A DNA stretch of 63,549 nucleotides, counting the filler, from Basidiobolus meristosporus CBS 931.73 (lineage: Eukaryota > Fungi > Basidiobolomycota), in the NCBI GenBank assembly GCA_002104905.1. It is 4 parts of 4 records of this genome, joined end to end, with 100 filler letters (N's around TTAATTAATTAA, not from the genome) between each part and the next. Parts side by side here need not be neighbours in the genome. Positions count along the whole stretch, not along the records: positions 16,204 to 34,208 come from MCFE01001076.1; 3 more parts are not named here. One strand, given 5' to 3'. Under the pieces are notes generated by a model that saw only the letters and a program-made list of their open reading frames with translations, had not been told where the DNA came from and searched no databases. Below, piece by piece: positions 22,035 through 34,308 of this stretch. Every line of letters begins with the position of its first letter. The stretch's first letter is position 1. Both the position numbers and the translations under genes were made by a program.

Positions 22035-25000
22035 TGTTAGGAGAATCACTAACTCCAAGCTGCTGGTATCATGATAATCTCTAAACAGGTTCCTGCTGGC
22101 TGATCTGGATCAGATCTACCTGTGGGATCAAATTAATTCTCAGGGGGGTTCTTTTACTTGCCAAAGGCTGTGGTGGTGTGTAGCAGGGTCACAGTGACAC
22201 CCACTGACAGAAGTGCTAATTCCCATAGTTTCTACTTCCCTATTTCTCTACTACACTTATATTGGTTTTATCCTATTTAACTTACTTGATCTGTACTATT
22301 CCATAAGCTGGCTGACTACCACACCTGCTTAGCTTATTGCCAAGTTCACCCTCACTCTATATAAGATTACCAGCAGTAAGTGCTTCTATATTGGGCCAGT
22401 ACTAGTGCCAGTACCTGTGACACATGGTCAACCCATATCACCATCCCTACTGTTTCTCTACAATATATGATATCCCCATGATACACAGGTTTCAGAGTAT
22501 TGATTCCTGATTGGTTGGATGTGCTATGCCTCTTAAAACCTTCCAGCACCTACTCAGAATACTCTTAGCTCATCCTGATGTCATTAAGATTTCTGTTGAT
22601 TTCTGGAACCTTCTGGAACACCATGATTAGTAGTCACTTGGCCAGTGAGAAAAGTATATAAGGGAGGCTATCCCTCAACAATAAATCATCATCCCTTTTA
22701 TTAATATACTAACTTGTTGATTAATGTGATCACTGCTACCTGCTGCTACCTGAACTTCCAACCCCAGAGCACAGGACACTCCCAGGAAACCATGCTGACA
22801 ACCTACTGACCTTGAAGGTACTACTTGTGAGGAATACTCAGAGTAGGTATCTTTTATCATATTTGATTCTTTCCCAAGTTTGTTTTTGTGCTACACAAGT
22901 TCTTCCACATGATGAAAAACCAAATGAAGACATACTATACCTCATCACCTAAATGGAGACACTTGCACAAGAGCTTAACGTTATTAATACTGGTGCAGAT
23001 GATGAAAAAAAGATACTCAGTCGGCATTGCAGCTTACCTGACAAGTCTAAGCCACTCCCACTCTTTTTTGAATGCAGAGACAACAATCTGATTTTATATT
23101 ATGTCAAAGGATAACTCCTCCGTGAAGAACTTGGACATAATTATTATTCATCTTAGAAAAGCACACAGAAAAGAAGGGAAAGCAACAAAATCAAAGTAAA
23201 CCTAGTTGCTGTAACTACCGTGTGTACTAACTCTGGAGTATCACGGCATATTTGAGGTTTAAAAGTGTGAGTCAGGAACTTAAAGACACTTCCTATTGGA
23301 ACAGCTTATCTGGGAGACAATCCTGCACTGGATACTATTGCCAGTGGGTCTATGCAGCTAAATTTGAGTGATATCTCAGGGGCAACAACAGCAAAGCTGA
23401 CTGACATACTCTGCATACACGGAATAGCTAAGAACCTACTTTCAGTCTGTAAAGCAACTACTCAGCAACCGAAATCTTTTTTTACTTTGCTGATCTGCTC
23501 AATATTGAGTGAAATGGACAACAACTAGCTTTTGAAATCAGAGTTCACAACAAATACATGTTACAATGCATTTATCCTAATAACAGAGTATCTAGACACT
23601 GCTGAAGCTAATAAAACTGACCAGGAAATATGGCATAGGAGGCTAGTATACATTAAGGAGCCAAAAATGAGCCCATTGGTGAAAAATCAGCTTGTTTGGG
23701 CCTATATTACTCAATTTGAATCAAATTGAGTGTTGGTAAGGGATGTTCATATGGCAGACAAGCTAGGCAACATGTCAGGAGCTCACAAGGCATTAACACT
23801 ATCAAAATATTGGCTATTGTGCACTCTGACATATATGTGCCCATGAGAACACTATTCTTTGGAGCCAAGAGTGACTTTATCATGTTTACTGAAAACAAGA
23901 CAATATTCATATGAGTGCACTTCTTTGAGACAAAAGTTGAGGGCTTGGGGGCTTTTAATCACTTTGATAACATGGCAAAAACACAAACTGGGTGTATCTT
24001 TAAGGTACTTCAAAGTGACAAGAGTAAGGACTACTGTGCAATAAAGTTCCCAGAATACTACTCCTCTACTAATATACTTTAACAGACCATTATTCCACAC
24101 ACTCTGCAGCAAGCTGGAGAAGCAGACAATGCAAATAGAACAATTGCATAGATGGTAAGATCTCAGCTATATGAGAAGGGAATGGACTACAGGTTTTGGA
24201 CTAAGTATATTCCTACTGCAGTATGCAGCCAGAATAGATGCCCAAAAACAGCACTATGAGATTCTACCTTCTTTGAAGCATTTATATGCAAAAAAAGCAG
24301 CCCTCTAGCACCATGGGATTTCTGGTAGCAACACTTTTTATCACATTGCTGACAAAATGGTCAAAGTTGCTGCCACAGAGTAGAAAGGGATCTTTCTTGG
24401 GTATTGTGAGGATACTAACAGGCATTGAGCATATCATGTCAAATTTGGAAGCTGATCAAATGCAAAAATGTTGTATTTGAGGAGAATTGAGATCAGAAAG
24501 CCACTGAACTCAATGGCCAGGTGCCTGAATACATGATCAACAGTAATAAATAAGAAATGTGCCTAATTCAGCCAGTTCCAGGTCGGAGCAGAGTTTCCCA
24601 GTTAGGAGATCTACCAGAATAAGAAAGGGCCCTGGATCCTGGTACCAATCATCTAACAAACATGAAGAAGCTTCTCTTGCTGCATGTGCCAAAACTCAGA
24701 ATTAAGAACAGGCAATGGAAATTCCAGATGCTACTAAGTGGCAACAAGCCATGCTGGAGGAGTACCAGTTACTGATTAAGGCAACTACATGGGAACTGGT
24801 AGATTGATCAAATGGAAGATGGCCAATGTGAAATAGATGGGTCTACAAGATCAAGATAACCTCAAATAGCACCATTGAGAACTACAAGGCTAGACTTTTG
24901 GCTTAAGGGTATTCCCAGATCCAGGGACTAGACTTTGAGGAAATATTTGCTCCAGTTGCCAAGTGTAACTCCAGCAGGACAGTTCTAGCCCAAGCAGCTG

Positions 25001-25060
25001 TATACAGTCTAGATATATACCAAATGAAGGTCAAAACAGCCCTTCTAGCTGGCAATCAGC
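22035..25060 (+). mobile_element. Degenerate Ty1/Copia element (LTR, gag-pre-integrase, integrase, partial RT)
   Basis: WHRRL, VHSDIYVPM, WQQAMLEEY, WVYKIK and YKARL.A.GYSQIPGLDFEEIFAPVAK remnants; TG start at 22035. Confidence 0.75.
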
Positions 25061-26555
25061 AAGATACTATTAATATGGATAATATTATTAATGCCGGATG
25101 ATGATACACCACAAGAGGCAAACCAGAGAGTTAGTTCTTCTAATGCATCATTAAATCAGTAATGCGGTCACTTTGTGAGTTACTTATGTGGGTAACTATT
25201 GACTGTACATAGTAGTTGACGGGCTTGTAGGTCAAGTAAGTACCAATTGGCTCAGAAAAGCTTCCAAAAGTAGCTCACAAGGTAATCAAGACCTATGCTT
25301 ATAATATCCAAATCTGCCCTTTTCTCAACTCAATTCAATCCAATGTGTATCTCACTGGAGGGGGCTTAAGAGATAGAAAATGTATTATAAAATAGGGATA
25401 TGAGCACCTTCCTGCTACTGTAAGTGTGCTAATTTGGCATAGGCAGGAATAGATGGGGGGACATGCAGGGGGACCTTATAAAAAACTACTGTGATGATCC
25501 TGTCAAAAGACCATCACAGATTTGAAGTCTTGTGAGTAAGAGGTATTGATCCCATCAGAACACTGTGCAAAGACCATCAAAAAGTAATTGCAACCCAAAT
25601 TTCACTGAAAACTTGGTCAGAATTTTTTATCACAGCAATACAAAAGTGGCTCTTGGTTGGTTCTCAGGCAATTTCCTCACTTTCTGATCCCAAACACTAT
25701 TTCACCTCCTATACTTGTGTGCATAGATTGTCTATTATGATTTTTTCATCCTTTGTACTTCTTGACTCAATCATTTCACTTGGTTTTCATGCATTCAAAA
25801 TGATTTATTTCCACTGAAACTTCAGTTGTACTGCAATTGCTAATTGAATCAACCTATATAAGTCTCTGCACCCTACACTAAGATTAAGCCCAATTGCACA
25901 CTCAACAAGTAAATCTATTAAAATCAACCACTGAATAAGGATATCTACTGTAATGCTTTGTTCTCATAACGTTAGCAGTAACCTACATTTATATATCCAC
26001 TGATTATACACTGCTTCCAATATGTCCTAGTTGTGAGCCAGTACTGCAAGGTCTAGTACCTTATCTGCAGGTCATTGCAATAAATTCTTGCAATATTCAA
26101 GTGACCTTTCTTGAGCACTGCTCCTGAATATTTGCTGCCCCCTTGTGGTGCACCTATTATTGTTCCAAAATCACACTGAAGGCATTTTGATAACCTTTGA
26201 GTTCTGAACATTGCTGCTTTGCATGTTACTGGGATCTCCACTCTGGCAACAATAGAGGGACATGGAGGCTGTGGTAGATATATTGCCTTCCTCTGCAAGC
26301 TCATCTACCTTACTGGAGTGTAGCTTAACTGGCTGCACTTCCAGCTGTTGTGAGAACCACTGTTTTCTTGTTATTAATTCTTCTTGGCTATGATGGGATT
26401 CAGTCTGTTCTGGGCTTACACTGCTAATCAGCACTAGCTGTAGCATTTCTGTTGAGCTTCCCTTTCTCAAGCTTGGGTAGACTTTTTTCCCTTTACCTTC
26501 TCCTTTATCATTGCCAGGTCTTCCACAGCAACTTTGTCTGGGTGCTTCTTGTGTG

Positions 26556-26903
26556 TGTTGTAAACATATTTAATTCCCTGTGACTATTCACCTAGCTTAG
26601 TAACTTATATCATTGCCTTCAAATCCTAGAGAATACTGTCCAAATTTCTTGCCAGGACTGACTGACAATATTTTCACCAAAATATCAGGTACCCAGAACA
26701 TGAAAATTCTCAAGTTGTCAGAACATTCCTGAACTTTGCACAAATGTTCTTGGGACCTTGCTTAGCCTATACAATGTGCTTGTTATGTCAAGATCATGAA
26801 ACAGTAAAAATACTACTTAGACATATAATAAATCATTAAGTGAAATTCACATAATCCACTTGTTCCCCCAATCACTCCTGGTATCTCCAAGACTCTTACA
26901 ACA
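26556..26903 (+). mobile_element. Copia solo LTR (348 bp), same family as 1967-2315
   Basis: TGTTGTAA...TTACAACA termini and internal homology; TSD degenerate. Confidence 0.8.
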
Positions 26904-27757
26904 GTATTGAGCTACATTTTCTCCTTCATAATGCTGCTCTGATGCATTGCTTTGGCCTGCTTGTCCCTTGCTGGCACTCTGTAGCAACCTGATACTCTTC
27001 TCTGCCTGTTGTGAGCTCCCAGCCCATACTATGCTATGCTCCTAAGGAGGCTGCTGGTTTTTATTACTGCCAGATCCTTTACTGTACCTTTGACTAAGTG
27101 CCCTTTGGGTGGAACTACATCTTTCCTAGATAAATGTTGTGCTGCTGTAACTGTGTCTGCCTGCTTGTCCTTATTGGCACTCTTCCAACTACATAGTGTC
27201 TCTTTGATGCTTGTTGGGAGCTTTTGACCCTGCTTGTGATGAACTCTTGAGGAAGCTGCCGGTTTTTAGCCACTGCACCATTGTTCTTCTGCCTCTGATA
27301 GTTTCTGCTTTTCCTCATATACCATCTTGGCACATCAAGGCTGGCCCAAAACCCATTTGCTTGTTTAAATCCTGGAAAATGCTCATGCAACAAGTCATGC
27401 ATACTCTGCTTTGCCATGAGTTTTCAAGGTCCCATATTATGCCAGCCTTGAGGGGTTGGTGTGCTAGACTTCTAGTGGTCTCTTGAATACTAGCCTACTC
27501 TTCATCATTGCACCAAACAGCTACTTGAATCTTCAACATGTTTTGATTTTAGGCTTTGGTATAAACACTACATTTTCTCCCACACAAGCTGTGATTGGTT
27601 TTCTGTGGGCTTTATCTTAGGGCACTATTGTGGTGCTTCAAAGAGAGTACAGTGTTCCTCTGCTGTTACGTTGGGAAGTGGTTCAATTGACTGTGATGCT
27701 GAGCTACTTGATTTTCTTCCTTGCAGCAAAGATGCTGCTTTCTCTACCTGGGATATT

Positions 27758-28491
27758 AGACTTGTTCCGTTGGATAGTGCCACATTGAGCCATGAGTGCC
27801 AAATGATGCCATAGTGTGCCAGAGAGGCAAAGTGAGCCTATACTCGGTCACAGAGTGTGAAACATAGCTCTGCATCTTCATGAAAAGCAGCCCCTGTGTT
27901 TCACCCATTCCGCAGGAGAAAATCCATTTTTTGACCTTTTTTTGTGGATCAATGTAGCTCAGGATGTGTAAGAGCACAGGAGAACTGAAGATATGCATCT
28001 GGTACTCAATACCCATGGCACTCTGAATCTAGCTCCTGTAGCTTCTATCATGTCACAAAAATGAATGGCACTATCTTGGTCCACTGGTACTATCTGGCAC
28101 TATATTTAAATATTAGCCCTAAAGTAAGATCTATACAAAGCACTTATAGTGCCAGATAGCACCAGTGGACCAAGATAGTGCCATTCATTTTTGTGACATG
28201 CTAGAAGCTACAGGAGCTAGATTCAGAGTGCCATGGGTATTGAGTACCAGATGCATATCTTCAACCTGCTTGTGCTCTAACACATCCTGCGCAACATTCA
28301 TCCAAAAAAAAAGGTCAAAAAATGGATTTTCTCCAACACAATGGGTGAAACACCGGGGCTGCTTTGCATGAAGATGCAGAGCTATGTTTCACACTCTGTG
28401 GCCAGGTAGTGGCTCACTTGGCCTCTCTGGCACACTATGGCATTGTTTGGCACTCATGGCTCAATGTGGCACTATCCAACGGAACAAGTCT
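27758..28491. mobile_element. 734-bp foldback/MITE-like element, 347-bp inverted arms, 3-bp TSD ATT
   Basis: Arms 27758-28104 and 28145-28491 are reverse complements around a 40-bp spacer; ATT on both sides; the homologous empty site is at ~18325. Confidence 0.85.
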
Positions 28492-28949
28492 ATTGACTGC
28501 TCAACACCTTTTATCAGCTCATCCTATTTCTGGACTATTTCCTGATTTCTCTGGGCCATTCCATTTATCCTATCAGCCATTGCACCTAGTAGCCCTGTTG
28601 ATGTTTTGGCATGAGCTGGCAATATACTCACTAATATGGGTGGTAGTGATGCTAATATGACCACTTACTGGTCTTCATCTGAAGGTACTGCTTTAGCTGC
28701 ATTCTCATCTGCCTCAGCATTATGGTCAGCTTGTAGCTTTGTAGATATTCCCAATTGCCTGCTTGACTGAGAGCTGAGGGGTCTACATTATTACCTTCAG
28801 TGGACGCACTGTCTATAGCACATTTTTTAGTTGTAGCCCTGCTGGTTGCACTGAATATCAAAGCAAGCTGTTGTCCAACTGTTCTTTTGTGGAGCTGCAA
28901 GCTGGCCATAATGCTGAGGCAAAGGAGAATGTAGCAAAAGCAGTACATT

Positions 28950-29472
28950 CAGCTGAGGACCAGTAAGTGGCCATCATAACATCACCACCACCCATATTGG
29001 CATGTATGTTGCCAGCTCATACAAAGCATTAATAATTCAATTAGGTGCAGTGGTTGATAGCATAGATGCAATGGCCAGAAAAACTGGGAAATAATCTAGA
29101 AGCAGGATGCTCACACCGAAGGTGTAGAGCCAACAGTATCCCAGGTAGAGAAAGCAGTATCTCTACTGTAATAAAGGAACTCAAATAGCTTAATTTCACA
29201 GCCAAGAATGAACCAGTTACTGATGTAACAACAGAGGAACACCATGCAGCTGCTTATGCAAAATAACAGTGCCCAAAGATAAACCCCATAGAAGAATTTA
29301 TCACAGCATGGGAGTGTGAGAATGTGCTATTTATACCAAGGCCTAAAAATTAGAAGATGTTGAAGATCTGCAAGCTCTTCAATGCAATGATGAAAGGTGG
29401 GCTAATATTCAAGAGGCTATTAGAAGTCTAGCACACCAACACCTTGAGGCCATCATACTGTGGACCCTCAGG
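28950..29472 (+). mobile_element. Third, inverted partial copy of the CACTA accessory-ORF region
   Basis: Reverse complement of ~18000-18500 and of 27430-28690; cut by the Gypsy LTR at 29473. Confidence 0.65.
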
Positions 29473-30408
29473 TGTTATGATCCGCCACTTGAATGTTTAA
29501 GTTAGATCAGTTTTTAGTCAAATTAATTAGTAATATGCTTAGATTATCAGTATATCAGTATTATCTATCATATCAGCTGCATGAGTCAGCAAATAAATCA
29601 GCAGATCCTTATCAGAGAGAAATAGATATATTAAGCAGGATCTTATTGGGTGATGAAGATGCAATCAAATGAGTCATCAGCCACAGCCTACATTGGGAGA
29701 TACAATTAGTCAGCATTTGATCTGGCAAAACGTATATAAGGAGCTGCTGGAACCTCAATAAAGATCAGTTCAAGTTTTAGTGAATACAATAGTAGCTAAA
29801 CTCCCTATTCCTCTACAACTCTTATACCAAGACCTGTAACATAGGTAGCAGCAATAACCAGAAACATCCCCCCTGAAGAAAGAATAAGCCTCCCTCAAGA
29901 TGTCCAAAAATCAAAAATGGAAGAATGCCATGCCACAAATCCTGGTCCAGCAGCAACAAGGAATGACTACCATGGCCCAAAGCCAGCAAAACCCTGTCAA
30001 GAGCAACTTTAGTGTGAAGGTCAACTGGTACCATGGTAGAGTCAATGAAAACCTGGCAACTTGGCTCTTCCAGATTCAAGAAGCTTTCAAGGCTAAGGGA
30101 ATTGCTCCAGAAAGCAAGTAATATTATGCAGCCTCTTACCTGGCAGACACAGCTTTACAGTGGTACCACAACAAGCTCAGGTCAGCCACCATGATGGAAT
30201 GCTCTACAATCTCTACCTGGGATGAGTTTGTGTCAGAAATTTAGGATGCCTTTGAGCCACCTCACCAACAGACACTACTAAGAAGAAAGTTGAAGACACT
30301 CAGAGAGAAAAGAATGGACCAAGAGTGTATCTATGAATATAGATGTCTACTTGGGCAAATTGAAAGGGTGGACCCTCTGAATCAAGTTGAATACTTTATT
30401 GATGGGCT
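29473..30408 (+). mobile_element. Older Ty3/Gypsy copy: 5' LTR (29473-29841) plus stop-containing gag fragment
   Basis: TG..CA LTR nearly identical to 30409-30776; gag 29900-30408 homologous to 30835 onward but with stops and deletions. Confidence 0.85.
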
Positions 30409-33400
30409 TGTTATGATCTGCCGCTTGAATGTTTAAGTTAGATCAGTTTTTAGTCAAATCAGTTAGTATATGTTTAGGTTATCAGTACATCAGTATTATC
30501 TATGAAATCAGTAGCATTAGTCAGCAAATGAATCAGCAGATCCTTATCAGACAGAAATAGATATATTAAGTAGGATCTTATTGGGTGATGATGATGCAAT
30601 CAAATGAGTCATCAGCCACAACCTACATTAGGAAATACAATTAGTCAGCAATTGATCTGGCAAAATGTATATAAGGAGCTGCTGGAACCTCAATAAAAAT
30701 CAGTTCAAGTTTTAGTGAATACAATACTAGCTAAACTCCCTATTCCTCTACAACTCTTATACCAAGACTTGTAACATTGGTAGCAGCGATAACCAGAAAC
30801 CTCCCTCCTGAAGAAAGAAGAAAACACCCTCAAGATGTCGGACAATCAAGAATGGAAGAATGCCATGCAGCAAATCCTGGCCCAACAGCAACAGCTACTC
30901 CAGATCCTCAGCCAACAGCAACAAGGAATGACTACCATGGCTCAGAGCCAGCAAAGCCCTATCAAGAGCAACTTTAGTGTGAAGGTCAACCGGTACCATG
31001 GCAGAGTCAATGAAAACCTGGGAACTTGGCTCTTTCAGATTGAAGAAGCTTTTAAAGCTAAAGGAATTGCTCCAGAGAGCAAGTTGCATTATGCAGCTTC
31101 TTACCTGGCAGATGCAGCTTTACAGTGGTACCACAACAAGATCAGGTCAGCTACTATGATGGGATGCTCTACAATCTCTACCTGGGATGAGTTTGTGTCG
31201 GAAATTCAGGATGCTTTTGAACCTCCACACCAGCAGACACTACTAAGAAGGAAGTTAAAGACACTCAGACAGAAAGGAATGGTGCAAGAATACATCTATG
31301 AGTACAGATGTCTACTTGGACAAATTGAAAGAATGGACCCCTTGGATCAAGTTGAATACTTTATTGATGGGTTGAAAGAAAGAACTCGCAAGGAAGTCAA
31401 TTACCGAAGACCTCAGACTATTGAAGAAGCCATCAAGATTGCCATTGACTATGACTCAGCTATGTTTGGAGTTGGGAAGCCTACAGTGACTAGTCAGAAA
31501 GGCTATAATCATTATGAAAGAAGACAATCAGAAGCAGTACCAATGGAAATAGACGCTATGCAGAAGAATCCCTCCTCAGAAGAATGCAAGAAGAGAGGAC
31601 TTTGCTTCAATTGCCACCAGCAGGGACATATTGCAAAATACTGCCCTCAGAGAAGAAATGGACACCAGCCAACAAGAACCTTCAACCATATTGAATCCCA
31701 TGAACACAATAATGAGGAAGATGAGCTTGAAGAAGACTCGGAACTCACCTTCCATATGACAGAAGAGTACTTGTCCCAAATGACTTCAAACTCAGGGAAG
31801 TTATTGTACCTGAATGGAGCAATCAATGGAGTACCTGCCAAGATCATGATTGACTCAGGAGCATCGCATGAGTACATGTCAGAGCAATTTGCTTTGAAAG
31901 CTGGAATCAACTCGGAACCTACCAAATCAACTTCAGTCTCCACAGCAGATGGGAACTCCCACATAATCAACCGTATTACCCAGCCAGTAAGAATGAAGAT
32001 CAATGACTATGAAGAAGACCTACAGGCTTATATATTTGGGAACTGCAAGTTTGACCTTGTACTTGGGAAAACCTGGCTATTTTGTCGTAATCCATCAATC
32101 AACTGGAGAACCCATGCTACTCAGATCCAAAAAGACAACAAGACCTATGAGCTATTACCTGCCAGGCTGGATTTCAACTTGGTCAATTCCAGTGTGTGTG
32201 AGACAAGTGAACTTAGCAAGACCCAGTTCTGTAGAGCACTTAGAAAAGGTACCCAGATGTTCCTCATGGCGGTATTACAGGAGGATTCCTCTATCCCAGC
32301 ACCCCAGCAGATCCAGACTCTCTTGAAGAAATATTCAGACGTGTTTCCAGATGAGCTTGTAAGCCTACCACCAGTCAGAGACGTGGATCATGCCATTGAC
32401 ACAGGAGATAGCCCTCCAGTGAGCAAGACACCTTACAGAATGAGTCCATTGGAATTGGAGGAAATGAAGAAACAAATTGATCAGCTATTGGAGCAAGGAT
32501 ACATCAGGCCCAGCAAGTCACCTTGGGGAGCACCAGTGCTTTTTGTGAAAAAGAAGGATGGAACACTTAGGATGTGCATTGACTACAGAGCCCTGAACTC
32601 AGTTACCGTCAAGAATAAGTACCCCATACCTTGGATTGATGAGCTTTTGGACCAACTTAATGGAGCCACTATTTTCAGCAAGATCGACCTCATGTCAGGA
32701 TACAACCAGATTAGGGTGAAACCAGAAGATATCCCTAAGACAGCATTCAGGACCAGATATGGACATTACGAGTACTTAGTCATGAGTTTTGGCCTCACTA
32801 ATGCCCCTGCAACATTCATGACGCTGATGCAGACTGTCTTTCAGGAGTACTTAGACAAGTTTGTGATAATCTACCTGGATGACATATTGATATACAGCAA
32901 GACAGAAAAGGATCACATGGTGCACATTGAAAAGGTCTTGAAGAAACTAAGAGAGAACAAGCTATACGGCAAGCTAGCCAAGTGTGAATTCTTCAAGGAA
33001 CACGTAGAATATCTGGGACACATAGTGACTAGCACAGGAGTAACCTTAGACCCCAAGAAGGTGGAAGTAATCAAGAATTTGAAGCAGCCCCATAGCATAT
33101 CAGAACTCAGATCCTTCCTTGGAATGGTTTCCTATTATCGGAGATTTGTCAAGTCATTTGCAAGTATTGCAGCCCCTTTAACTGATATCCTCAAGAAAGA
33201 CAATACCTACAAGTGGGACATAGCTTGTGAGACTGCCTTCCAGACACTAAAGAATGAACTTGCTAAGCTGCCAAGCTTAAGAATACCAGACTTCAGAAAA
33301 GAGTTCACTCTGTGCACAGATGCTTCAGATTATGCAATTGGTGGAGTGCTGAGCCAAGAACACGAGGGAAAGGACTACCCTGTTGCCTTTGAATCCAAGA

Positions 33401-34208
33401 AACTGAACTCAGCAGAACAAAACTATCCAGTTCATGAGAAGGAGATGCTTGCTATAATACACTGTTTGAAGACATGGAGATGCTATATTGAAGGAGTCAA
33501 ATGCACTGTGAAGACTGATCATGCCTCCCTCAAGTATATATTTACTCAGAAGGTACTCTCTAGAAGAATGACAAGATGGAGTGAATACATTCAGCAATTT
33601 GACCTGGAGATTGTCTACTGTCCTGGAAAAAACAACACGGTTGCTGATGCCTTATCAAGATTAGATCAAGTTGCACAACTCAACTTGGTGCATGAATCAG
33701 ATTGGCCTAGCCTATTACCAAAGTACTTGGAGGACCAAGCCATTCCTAATGAGGTGGATGAAGAAATCAAGAAGATAATCCGTGATGAGGCCAGCAAATT
33801 TGTTGTACAGAATGAAACACTCTACCGAATTGTTGATGGAAGCCCTATTGCCTATTGTCCTTATGTTGCTCGCCTGGATTTAATACATAAGCTACATAAT
33901 GGATATGGACATCTTGGGATTGAAGGAACCTATAGCCTTGTAAAAGCCAGAGCATGGTGGCCCAGAATGAAACAAGACATTGAGAAGCTAGTAAAAACAT
34001 GCCCAAACTGCCAAATCAATCAAGGCCAGCCACAAAGAATTGCCGAACTCTTCCCTTTGGAGCCTGTAAGACCATTTGAGAGATGGGGAATTGACTTTAT
34101 TGGAAGACTGCCAACTACCAGGAAATGCAACCGTTGGATCCTAGTAGCAATTGACCATGCCACTAAATGGCCAGTTGCTAAAGCTGTACCAATAGCCAGT
34201 GAACAAGA
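30409..34208 (+). mobile_element. Younger Ty3/Gypsy element: 5' LTR 30409-30776, PBS 30778-30788, gag-pol truncated by the contig end
   Basis: TG..CA LTR followed by TGGTAGCAGCG PBS and a long ORF. Confidence 0.95.
30835..34208 (+). CDS. Gypsy Gag-Pol polyprotein (gag, CCHC knuckle, protease, RT, RNase H, integrase N-terminus)
   Basis: [60 protein letters not shown] and WGIDFIG in one open frame. Confidence 0.95.
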
Positions 34209-34308
34209 NNNNNNNNNNNNNNNNNNNNNNNNNNNNNNNNNNNNNNNNNNNNTTAATTAATTAANNNNNNNNNNNNNNNNNNNNNNNNNNNNNNNNNNNN
34301 NNNNNNNN
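34209..34308. other. Artificial contig linker
   Basis: N44-TTAATTAATTAA-N44. Confidence 0.97.

Larger units (their letters stand above)
26050..28950 (-). mobile_element. Second copy of the CACTA accessory-ORF region, carrying nested insertions
   Basis: Collinear with 16204-18720; interrupted by a solo LTR (26556-26903) and a foldback element (27758-28491). Confidence 0.7.

Noticed and set aside
25080-26050. Possible Tc1/IS630-like remnant (THWIELS)
   Set aside because: A single weak motif only.
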